Source: Actinomycetota bacterium (lineage in GTDB: Bacteria > Actinomycetota > Acidimicrobiia > Acidimicrobiales > SZUA-35). Taken from it: a stretch of 56,184 nucleotides of DNA. The stretch's first letter is position 1; every line of letters begins with the position of its first letter. Positions 27,172-35,275 of the stretch are shown here, in pieces. The notes under the pieces were generated by a model that worked only from the letters and a program-made list of their open reading frames with translations, was not told the DNA's origin and did not search any database. The position numbers and the translations under genes are program-made. The stretch lies in assembly GCA_039029335.1 (NCBI GenBank), contig JBCCGJ010000003.1:1-56184 (forward strand), read 5' to 3'.

Positions 27172-29742
27172 TCAGTCGATTCTGGCGGTCGGCGGCAGCC
27201 GGTCCACGGCGGAGCCGACCCAGAGTTTGGGGTCCAGCTTCTCGTTTGTTGCCGTCGGGTCCAGCTCTCTGGCGATCCGCCACGCCTCCTCGGCCCTCGC
27301 CCTGGCGTCTATGTAGGTCCGCTGGGCGTCGCTTGCCTCCTGCTCGATCCTGGCCAGGACGCGGTGGGCGTTCCCGCCGTTGCCCTGATGCATCTTCAGG
27401 ATCTCCGCCTCGACCAGCAGCTGGCCGGCCCGGATGCTGAGGGCATGGGCCCGCTCGGTCAGCTCCATCGCCCGGTCCTGGGCATCGGCCAGGATTGCGG
27501 TGCCGCCCTCGTCCGGTTGCAGATCCAGCTCGATGGCGGTCGAGGCGTGAGCGAACACCGTGATGCCGAGGTCGTTGATGAGCTCGCTGATCGGCACGTC
27601 ACCGGGACCGAGTGACTGGCTCTGCCTGACCCGGACCGGTGCAAGGACCAGGTCGGCGCTCGACACCTTCTTGCAGAAGTTCTCCGGTGCGGCGGTCCCT
27701 CGCACGATCGCGGGGATCCGGGCGTCGTCCAGCAGGCCGGCGACCGTCCCCGGCCCGTCCTCCCCACCTGCGGCCACCCAGACCTCGATGGTGGCCCGCT
27801 TCCAGCTCGGGGTTCTGGTGCACATCCAGGCCAGGATCGTCAGCAGCTGCCCGGTCTGGCGGTCCGGCCACCACACCGAGATCTTCCGTTCCTTCCGCCT
27901 GGCCAGGGACTCCCACGCCGCAGCTGGTGCATGGACCACACCGACGTTGCAGTTGAACCGAATACCGGTCTGGACCATGGTCGCGGTGGTCGACTTGTCC
28001 GACCGGGCGGGATCGTTCAGGTCGTACCAGCTGAAGAGGGCGAGGTTGGCCCGCAGCGCACCGATGCCGTGGCTCTGCAGCATGGCCGCCACACCGGACT
28101 CGATGGTTTCGGCAACCAGCACCCGGCCGTACGCCTCGTGTTCTCCGGAGTCCAACTCCCGCTGCAACTCCAGGTCGACCCTGGCGGCCTGCTTGCGGAC
28201 AAACGCTCCTCGGCCCAGGACGATCCGGGCCACCGTGGTGAACCCGGCTCCGCCTTCGAACCAACCGGCCACGGTTGTCAGATGGGCCCGCCGGGTCGGA
28301 TCGCGGGGGACAAAGGCCACGGTGCAGGGACGCCAATCCCGGCTTGCGTCGTTTGTTGCGGTCATCTGTTTGAGATGGCTCCGTACGCCGGCGGCGTGGT
28401 AGCCCCGGGTCCCGTCCGCCCAGCGAACGTGCTGAACCGATCGCTGGAGGTAGCGGTAGAGGGCGAACACCCCGGCCCCGGCGATCGCCCCGGCCAGCGG
28501 ATCGATGGCCAGCACAACACCCAGGCAGGCGAATGTGCCGAGCAGGCTGAGGCGCCAGTCGAAGTAGCGGAATCGGGGCCGGAACGAGGTGCTGGCCGCC
28601 CTCGCCTCGTTGTAGGTCGCGAAGTTGATCATGCCGTAGCTGGCCAGGAAGAACATGGAGATGATCGGGGCGACGATGTTCAGATCACCGATGGCCACGG
28701 TGACCAGGGCGATCAGGGCGGTCAGCGCCACCCCCCGCCGCGGGTTGTTGTTGGCGCCGGACCCCTTGGCGAACGGCTCAAGCGGTTCGATCAGCCGATC
28801 TGCGGCCAGGCGTTGCAGCGTCCGGGGTGCACCCATCATCGAGGCGATGGCCGACGAAAGCGTGGCGGCGATGACCCCGAGGTCGATCAGCCACGGGGCG
28901 GGGGCCAACCGCCGCATGATGGCGGTGTCGTCCCGTAGTTCGTCCAGCGGAACGGCCATGACCAGGGTCACGACCACCAGCAGGTAGATCACCGTCGACA
29001 CGCCGATGGCGCCGAACGTGCCGAGGCTGATGCTGCGGGACGGGGTGCGGAGATCCCCCGACATCGCAACCCCCTGAGTGAACCCGGTGATCGCCGGGAA
29101 GAAGATGGCAAAGCTGATCCAGAACCCGTCACCGCCCTCCGGGGCGCCGAACCCGTCCGCCAGCCTCCCCGGTTCCAGATTCCCGAACGCACCGAAGAAG
29201 TAGGCGCCGATGGCTATGGCCAGACAGGCCAGCACCGCGTACTGGAGCCTGGTGGCGAAGTCGGCGCCCAGCATGGCAAGGCCGAGCAGCGCAACGATCG
29301 TGACGGCGGCGATGATCCGGGGGAGCGACGGGTCGTCCGACTCCACCACGCTGGATACGGCCTCGCCGAGACCGATGGCGTAGAAGGCGACGGACACGGC
29401 GATCGCCAGGTAGAGGACAAGGCCGATGGCGCCGCCGAAGGCCGGTCCGAGGGTCCGGGAGATCAGGAAGTAGACACCGCCCCCGCCGACCTTCAGGTTG
29501 GTCGCGATGGCCGCCAGGGAAATGGTGGTCAGGAGCGAGACCGTGGTGGCGAGGGCCAGGATCAGCAGCATCCGACCGAGGCCGACGTTGCCCGTCACAA
29601 ACCCGAGCCGGAGGAACAGGATCAGGCCGAGAATCGTCAGGAGACTGGGCGTGAACACACCGCCGACGGTGCCAAGCCTGCCCGTTTCGATCCGGTCGAC
29701 GTTCTGGCTTTTCCTGGTGTTCAGCCCAGCGCGATTCTTCAC
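27172..29742 (-). CDS. Cation-chloride cotransporter (SLC12/CCC)-like amino acid permease
   Basis: GVFTPSLLTILGLILFLRLG, GGGVYFLISRTLGPAFGGAIG, FAIFFPAITG, MSGDL and SFRPRFRYF motifs with a large cytoplasmic C-terminus. Confidence 0.88.
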   Translation of the reverse strand: MKNRAGLNTRKSQNVDRIETGRLGTVGGVFTPSLLTILGLILFLRLGFVTGNVGLGRMLLILALATTVSLLTTISLAAIATNLKVGGGGVYFLISRTLGPAFGGAIGLVLYLAIAVSVAFYAIGLGEAVSSVVESDDPSLPRIIAAVTIVALLGLAMLGADFATRLQYAVLACLAIAIGAYFFGAFGNLEPGRLADGFGAPEGGDGFWISFAIFFPAITGFTQGVAMSGDLRTPSRSISLGTFGAIGVSTVIYLLVVVTLVMAVPLDELRDDTAIMRRLAPAPWLIDLGVIAATLSSAIASMMGAPRTLQRLAADRLIEPLEPFAKGSGANNNPRRGVALTALIALVTVAIGDLNIVAPIISMFFLASYGMINFATYNEARAASTSFRPRFRYFDWRLSLLGTFACLGVVLAIDPLAGAIAGAGVFALYRYLQRSVQHVRWADGTRGYHAAGVRSHLKQMTATNDASRDWRPCTVAFVPRDPTRRAHLTTVAGWFEGGAGFTTVARIVLGRGAFVRKQAARVDLELQRELDSGEHEAYGRVLVAETIESGVAAMLQSHGIGALRANLALFSWYDLNDPARSDKSTTATMVQTGIRFNCNVGVVHAPAAAWESLARRKERKISVWWPDRQTGQLLTILAWMCTRTPSWKRATIEVWVAAGGEDGPGTVAGLLDDARIPAIVRGTAAPENFCKKVSSADLVLAPVRVRQSQSLGPGDVPISELINDLGITVFAHASTAIELDLQPDEGGTAILADAQDRAMELTERAHALSIRAGQLLVEAEILKMHQGNGGNAHRVLARIEQEASDAQRTYIDARARAEEAWRIARELDPTATNEKLDPKLWVGSAVDRLPPTARID

Positions 29743-29936
29743 CTTTTATCCTGATCGTTGTGCCGGCGAGGTCGGGTCCACGATGCTCGAGGGAATTTGT
29801 AGCACCGTTCCGGAACGAGGGATCGTGATGGCGCCAGGTTGTCAACAACCTGCAGTAGGAAGGCCCAGGACGTGAACCAGTTTCGAACCACATCGAGCCG
29901 GACGGGCACGCGCCCCACGTGGTTCGGTGGCCGCTG

Positions 29937-31532
29937 ATGGCGGGCGACGACCAGACCTTCCACGATGCGATCGAAGGCTACTGCGGCCGGCTGAGTTACT
30001 TCGCCGGCGACACCGTTGAGTTGCACGTCTCCACCACCGCCGACCACTACGGCGTCACCGTAACGCGGTGGGGGGCCGAGCGGGAGGTCGCCTGGACCGC
30101 CGACGGGCTCTCGGGAGTGTCCGTGGCGGTGCCGCCGGACGCCGACAGCGAAGGTTGTGGGTGGCCGGTCAGCGTGTCGTTCGAAGTTGATCCGGCATGG
30201 CGTTCCGGGTTCTACCTGGTCACCCTGACCGCAGCGGGGGCCGAACCGGGCCGGGACGTCAACCACGCCTGCTTTGTGGTCCGTGGTCCCCGGGCCGCGG
30301 ACGAGCGACAGGGCGTGCTCTACGTCATCGCCACCAACACCTGGAACGCCTACAACACCTGGGGAGGAAAGAGCCTTTACACCGGCGGGCACAAGGTTTC
30401 GTTCTCCCGTCCGTTCGGCCGGGGCCTTCTCGACCGGCCAGAGGTGGATCGGGATGACCGCAAGGCCAGACCCACTCGCTATGGCGAGACGCCGGATGCC
30501 GACGGCCGGATTTTTCAGGAGTACCGGACGACAAACGCCTACCCGTCGGCCATCGGTTCGACCGGTTGGTTCACCCACGATCGCCGGTTCGTGACGTGGG
30601 CCGAGGCCAACGGTCATCACTTCGATTACGCGATCTCCGCCGACCTCGAGCAGGATCCGACGGCGCTCGACGGGTATCGGGGGGTGGTGCTGGTCGGCCA
30701 CGACGAGTACTGGAGCGGTCCCCAGCGGGCGGCGATCGAACGGCACGTCGCAGCTGGTGGGCACCTGGCGTCGTTCTCCGGCAACACGATCTTCTGGCAG
30801 GTACGTCTGGAACCGGGAGTCGGCGGTGACTCGATGGTCTGCCACAAGTATCGGGCCCATCTGGACGATCCTGTGGTGGCCGACGGTCGGCCGGAGACGA
30901 TGACCGGCATGTGGGCCGATCCGCTGGTCGGCGAACCGGAGTGGCGGTTGCTCGGCGCCGGGTCGGCCTTCGGGCTGTACCACCGCTTCGGCACGGCCAC
31001 CGCCAGAGGGGTCGGCGGGTTTGTGGTCTACCGGGATGACCACTGGCTGGTCGAGGGAACCGGGCTCCGATACGGCGACGTTCTCGGCGGGCCGGACGGC
31101 GTTGTCGGCTATGAGACGGTCGGCTGCCCGCTCACCCTCGACGAGCTGCAGCTGCCGGTGCCCAGCGCCGCGGCCATCGCCGCCGGGGTGCCGGAGGACT
31201 CCGTCATCGTCGGCTGGGTCCCTTCCAGCAATCTGGGCGTCGGGGAGTATCCGGCGTCGATCGCCGCGCTCAACGATCAGGGGGACCTTGAGTTCATCGC
31301 CGAGCGGGTGTTCGCGGACGGCGGCCCCGACGGTGCCACCGAAACCGGTCCGGAGCGGGCACTGGCCCGGGCCCGGCTGGGCAATGCGGTCATGATGACC
31401 ACCAGACCGAACGGTGATGCAGGCGGCGAGGTGATCACCATCGGTACCACCGACTGGGTGTTCGGGCTGCCGACGGATGACGCCGTCGCCGCCGTGACCG
31501 GGAACGTGCTGCGTCGGTTGGCCGGATGGTGA
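29937..31532 (+). CDS. N,N-dimethylformamidase large/beta subunit family protein
   Basis: TNTWNAYNTWGGKSLY, VSFSRP, VGHDEYWS and FSGNTIFWQVR motifs. Exact start uncertain. Confidence 0.82.
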   Translation: MAGDDQTFHDAIEGYCGRLSYFAGDTVELHVSTTADHYGVTVTRWGAEREVAWTADGLSGVSVAVPPDADSEGCGWPVSVSFEVDPAWRSGFYLVTLTAAGAEPGRDVNHACFVVRGPRAADERQGVLYVIATNTWNAYNTWGGKSLYTGGHKVSFSRPFGRGLLDRPEVDRDDRKARPTRYGETPDADGRIFQEYRTTNAYPSAIGSTGWFTHDRRFVTWAEANGHHFDYAISADLEQDPTALDGYRGVVLVGHDEYWSGPQRAAIERHVAAGGHLASFSGNTIFWQVRLEPGVGGDSMVCHKYRAHLDDPVVADGRPETMTGMWADPLVGEPEWRLLGAGSAFGLYHRFGTATARGVGGFVVYRDDHWLVEGTGLRYGDVLGGPDGVVGYETVGCPLTLDELQLPVPSAAAIAAGVPEDSVIVGWVPSSNLGVGEYPASIAALNDQGDLEFIAERVFADGGPDGATETGPERALARARLGNAVMMTTRPNGDAGGEVITIGTTDWVFGLPTDDAVAAVTGNVLRRLAGW

Positions 31533-31610
31533 CCCCGCGGTCCACGGCCGTCCGCCGCCGGCCACGGACACCCGGGCGCGGGCAGCCGGTGCGGTGAGTC
31601 CGAGGAGCGC

Positions 31611-32411
31611 TTAGAGGTGCTGGCCGCCGTTGATGTGGATCTCCGTGCCGTTCACGTAGGAGGCCTTTTCGCTGCACAGGAACAGGACGACCTCGGCGAC
31701 CTCCTCCGGGTTGCCCAACCGGTCCATCGGTACCTCCCGGTGGACCAGGTCCTCGGTGCCGGGGGAGAGGATGGAGGTGTTGATCTCTCCGGGGGCCACC
31801 GCGTTGACCCGGACGCCGGTGGAGCCGTACTCCGACGCGAGCTCCCTGGTCAGCGCCGACAGCCCGGCCTTCGACATCGCATACGCGGCGCCGGCGAACG
31901 GGTGAATCTTGAAACCGGCGATCGAGGTGACGTTGACCACCGAACCCTGGGCGTCTTTGAGCGGACCCATCAGCTCGTTGCAGAGCATCGTCGGGGCGAC
32001 GAGGTTGACCATTTGCACCCTGGTCAGGGTGTCCACGTCGGTGGCGGTGGCACTGAGCCGGCTACCGTCCGGCGCCTTCGGTGAGATTCCCGCATTGTTG
32101 ACCAGCGCGGCGAGACCGTTTTCGCCGATCCGCTCCTTCAGAGTTGCCGCCGCCTCCAATACGGAGTCCGGGTCGGCGAGATCGACCTCGATGTGCTGGA
32201 CGATGCCATCGGCCCAGGGGCACACCTCGGAGAACGGCGTGCGAGCCAGCGTGAACACCTCCCATCCCGCGGCGTGGAACTCCTTCACGATGGCGTGACC
32301 GATACCCCGGCTGGCGCCGGTGACCGCAACGACCGGTTTTGGTGACGGTGCAACCCCCGACGCGATCACGTCGCCGTTCGGGACGTCGCCGGTTGTGTTC
32401 GGTTCAGACAT
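31611..32411 (-). CDS. Short-chain dehydrogenase/reductase (FixR-like)
   Basis: TGASRGIG, NNAG and YAMSK motifs, with the CPW and HPFAG features of FixR-type SDRs. Confidence 0.9.
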   Translation of the reverse strand: MSEPNTTGDVPNGDVIASGVAPSPKPVVAVTGASRGIGHAIVKEFHAAGWEVFTLARTPFSEVCPWADGIVQHIEVDLADPDSVLEAAATLKERIGENGLAALVNNAGISPKAPDGSRLSATATDVDTLTRVQMVNLVAPTMLCNELMGPLKDAQGSVVNVTSIAGFKIHPFAGAAYAMSKAGLSALTRELASEYGSTGVRVNAVAPGEINTSILSPGTEDLVHREVPMDRLGNPEEVAEVVLFLCSEKASYVNGTEIHINGGQHL

Positions 32412-32463
32412 GTGGTGGCCCCCTGCCTACTCTGCCGTCTGCCTCTGTGCCCTATTGGCCTGG

Positions 32464-32504
32464 TCTGTCGGCCTGTTTCTGTCGGCCGCTTCCGTCGGCC
32501 TGTT
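32464..32504. repeat. Three tandem 13-14 bp imperfect repeats in the SDR 5' region
   Basis: TCTGTCGGCCTGTT / TCTGTCGGCCGCT / TCCGTCGGCCTGTT. Confidence 0.55.
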
Positions 32505-32556
32505 CGGTCGCTCGCCCGAAGATGTTAAGTGTACCTAATTCGCGTCCGGTGCCAAT

Positions 32557-33114
32557 CTAGGGCGCCGGACGGGCGGCGTCCATGAGTTCTTCGATACCCG
32601 GTCGGTCATCCGGCCCGGCCCCCCAGTACCCGTACTCGAGTACACCGTCCGGTCCGATGACAAAGTCCCCGCCCAACTGCAGGGGGTCCTCCGTCGGTCG
32701 TGATGGTTTCAGTCTGCCACCTGGCCGGACCAGTTGCAGGTACCGCCGCAGGGCTCGAAGGCCCCAGACCCGTGCCACCGAACCGCGGCCGAGGCCATAT
32801 GCCCAGTACCCCCGGCGATCCGGATCACGAACCACCCGATAGGGGAGCGAGGTTCGCTCCACGTAACGGGTCAGGTTTGTGTCGTCGGTGAAGGTGACGA
32901 GGACCGCGTCGGTTTCGGGACCAAGTTCGTCGAGACGATCGCCGACCGCAATCGCATGTGCCGCACACGGCACTCAATGGATGTGCCGGTGAAAGATCAG
33001 GACAACCCTCCGTCCGAGATGGTCGGCCAGTTGCCACGGCGTGCCGTCCCGGTTGATCAGCTCCAGCGCCGGCGCCGTCCGACCGATGATGGGGCGGACC
33101 CCGGGAGCAGTCAC
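32557..33114 (-). CDS. Peroxiredoxin-like (AhpC/TSA, SelL-related) selenoprotein with UxxC motif
   Basis: GTG 33114 opens MTAPGVRPIIGRTAPALELINRDGTPWQLADHLGRRVVLIFHRHIH-TGA(32976-32974)-VPCAAH, in frame with the 32557-32973 ORF (DPDRRGY, QLGGDFVIGPDG). TACCGT -10 box 6 nt upstream. SECIS-like hairpin downstream of the TGA. Confidence 0.85.
32935..32955 (-). promoter_or_regulatory. Putative bacterial SECIS hairpin
   Basis: mRNA GCGAUUGC-GGUCG-GCGAUCGU: 8-bp stem including 2 GU pairs, G-initiated loop starting at nt 27 after the UGA. Confidence 0.6.
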
Positions 33115-33137
33115 AGCCAGACGGTAGTGCAAAAGCA

Positions 33138-33192
33138 GGCCGACCCGGTCAACCGCTCGGCGGTGGCCGAAGCGATTGACCGGGTCTGGCCG
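33138..33192 (-). terminator. Long inverted repeat / terminator after the small ORF
   Basis: GGCC-GACCCGGTCAACCGCTCGGC-GGTG-GCCGAAGCGATTGACCGGGTC-TGGCC, followed on the minus strand by TGCTTTT. Confidence 0.6.
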
Positions 33193-33229
33193 GGGCCCGT
33201 CGACGGGGTGGTCGACGGAGGGGAATTGA

Positions 33230-33382
33230 TCAGAGGAGGCCGCGGACGTTGGTCCGCATCTCCTCGAGTCGGACCGCCGACTCGTTCAGCTCCGCAACGG
33301 ATGCGCCCTGCTGGCGTAGTTCCTGATGGGCCCACCAGCCGGTGAGCAACGAGTTGATGGCGGACTGCATTTTGTGTGACAT
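33230..33382 (-). CDS. Small hypothetical protein (50 aa)
   Basis: GGAGG RBS 6 nt before ATG; MSHKMQSAINSLLTGWWAHQELRQQGASVAELNESAVRLEEMRTNVRGLL; followed by a terminator; divergent from the Lrp gene. Below the ORF-track length cut-off. Confidence 0.65.
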   Translation of the reverse strand: MSHKMQSAINSLLTGWWAHQELRQQGASVAELNESAVRLEEMRTNVRGLL

Positions 33383-33513
33383 GTTGACCTCCGATTGGTT
33401 TGATTTCGGGCGTTATCGGCGTCTGCCGATCACTTCTGTAATCCTCCTCCGAAACGCTCCGAGGGTGTCACTGAACGGATCGTTAACTCCAGGCTGCTAC
33501 AGTGCTTGTCACT

Positions 33514-33975
33514 GTGATCGATGAAATTGACAGAGAAATTATCGGTGCTTTGCAACGTGACGCCCGTCTCACCCAGCGAGAGCTCGGTCGGGCAGTCGGT
33601 TTGAGCCCCAACGCCGCCGGGGCCCGGGTCCAACGGCTGATCGAACGCGGGGTGATCGCCGGATTCCATGCGGCGATCGATCATGCGGCGTTCGGTCGCG
33701 GGATCGAGGCGTCGATTGACGTCTGGCAGAAGGACGACCACGATCGTGAGGCGTTCCATCAGCTGGCGAAGGACGACGATCGCATCACCGAGTGCATCCA
33801 CCTCACCGGGCCCCTGGACTTTCGGGTCCGGGCCAGGGTCGCCTCGCCCGAGGATCTGAACGATCTGCTGATCCGCATGAAGGAGGAGGGGGGTGTCCGC
33901 AGCACCGACAGCCGTCTGGTGCTGGAGCGGCTACCGGTTCAGGCGGAAGAGCGGGGGCGGAGACGAAGGACGTAG
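33514..33975 (+). CDS. Lrp/AsnC family transcriptional regulator
   Basis: IDEIDREIIGALQRDARLTQRELGRAVGLS...RVQRLIERGVIAGFHA and a RAM domain (HLTGPLDF). Confidence 0.92.
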   Translation: MIDEIDREIIGALQRDARLTQRELGRAVGLSPNAAGARVQRLIERGVIAGFHAAIDHAAFGRGIEASIDVWQKDDHDREAFHQLAKDDDRITECIHLTGPLDFRVRARVASPEDLNDLLIRMKEEGGVRSTDSRLVLERLPVQAEERGRRRRT

Positions 33976-34074
33976 ACGGAGGGCGAAGATAACGGGCGGA
34001 GACGCAGCGCGCCTCGTTGAACGTGTGCTGACCGGTGGCGTCAACCGGCATCGGCTCGTCAGCCGTTCCAGTTG

Positions 34075-34548
34075 TCAGTCCTTGTTGGCCACGTAGCTGC
34101 GGTAGACGGTCAGCAACGCCAGCTTCTCCTCGTCGGAGAGATTCGGGTCGACCATGATGGCGTCCTCAGTCGACGGCCGGGAGCCGGCCTCCTCGCCATC
34201 GTCCTCATCGTCGGGCAGCAGCCCGGCCCGGGAGAGCAGCGTCTCCGGGGCGATGCCGAGCGCATTGCCCACCCGCTTGATCACGCGAAGTGACGGTTCG
34301 TGGAGGTCCCGTTCGATCTGGCTGAGGTAGGCATTGGAGATCTCGGCCATCGTCGACAGTTGGCGGAGCGACAGGTTGGCCATCTCCCGCTGGGCTCGGA
34401 TGAACGCACCGAGCGAGCCGCTCTGGAATGGGCTGTCCTCTGCGTCGGAGTCCGTGTCGGTGTTGCCGTTCTTGTCGGCGGGATCGCCGGCCGTGTCGCC
34501 GTCGTCTGCTGCCGATTTCCCGGCTTTTTGTCTGGACTGTCGTGCCAT
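34075..34548 (-). CDS. XRE-family HTH regulator (Rv0474-like)
   Basis: LGAFIRAQREMANLSLRQLS...ISNAYLSQIERDLHEPS and AIMVDPNLSDEEKLALLTVYRSY. Confidence 0.85.
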   Translation of the reverse strand: MARQSRQKAGKSAADDGDTAGDPADKNGNTDTDSDAEDSPFQSGSLGAFIRAQREMANLSLRQLSTMAEISNAYLSQIERDLHEPSLRVIKRVGNALGIAPETLLSRAGLLPDDEDDGEEAGSRPSTEDAIMVDPNLSDEEKLALLTVYRSYVANKD

Positions 34549-34568
34549 GGTGCGTCTCGTCAAAAACT

Positions 34569-34602
34569 AACATGCCGCAGGCCGTCAGGCCTGCGGCATG
34601 TT
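34569..34602 (-). terminator. Perfect 15-bp stem terminator
   Basis: AACATGCCGCAGGCC-GTCA-GGCCTGCGGCATGTT, followed on the minus strand by AGTTTTT. Confidence 0.7.
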
Positions 34603-34649
34603 CGGTTCCGTTTGGTTGCTCCCGGAACCAGGACCGAGGGGGACGGGTC

Positions 34650-35033
34650 CTACTTGGAGCTGGCGGTGAGAACCTTCTTGGCAAACGCCTTCTGGTTCTC
34701 GACAACCTTGATGACAAAGTCGTGGGCGGAATCGGAGAAGCTGACCATGGAGTCGGTCGGCAGCTCGATGTTCGAGAAGTCCGGCACGATGTTCTCCAGA
34801 ACCGGAACGGACGGGAACTCGATCCGGGCGAGGTTCTCGCGGGCGACGTTGTAGCCGCGGAGAGCGGCTTCCTGGCCCTGCTCGACGACGGAGAGGTACT
34901 GCTCCTGGGCCCGCTCGGCGAGCTCCTCGGCCCGCTCGATGGCGGTGGAAGCGAACTCGGTTGCCTCTGCGGCGGGGGCCTCGGTCTTCTCGGCGGCCTT
35001 CTTGGTGGTGCTCTTTGCGGTCTTGGTAGCCAT
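34650..35033 (-). CDS. Phasin-like / HbhA-like amphipathic helical protein
   Basis: K/A/T-rich N-terminus, amphipathic helices (DSAHDFVIKVVENQKAFAKKVL), AAGGA RBS, strongly biased codon use, adjacent to the Rv0474-like regulator. Confidence 0.6.
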   Translation of the reverse strand: MATKTAKSTTKKAAEKTEAPAAEATEFASTAIERAEELAERAQEQYLSVVEQGQEAALRGYNVARENLARIEFPSVPVLENIVPDFSNIELPTDSMVSFSDSAHDFVIKVVENQKAFAKKVLTASSK

Positions 35034-35180
35034 GTTGGGGGGTCCTTATCCTTCTTGCGCCGCGTTGTGGCGCCCTCTTTGCGTGTGTCGTGTGCGGATC
35101 CAATACGGCCGGGTGGTCGGATTGGGCGGCAACCGCATCCCGTCCGGACTGCCCGGTGGCTGCTTGGTGTACCGATCCGC

Positions 35181-35249
35181 TGTTAACTATTTCTAACACT
35201 ACACCCCACTGCGTGGGATGTCTACCAAAAGCGTTAGATATTTCAAGCG
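35181..35249. promoter_or_regulatory. Two related 18-bp sites, candidate XRE operators
   Basis: TGTTAACTATTTCTAACA (35181-35198) and CGTTAGATATTTCAAGCG (35232-35249) upstream of the phasin-like gene. Confidence 0.45.
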
Positions 35250-35275
35250 ACACACGTCACAGGACGTGAGACCCC

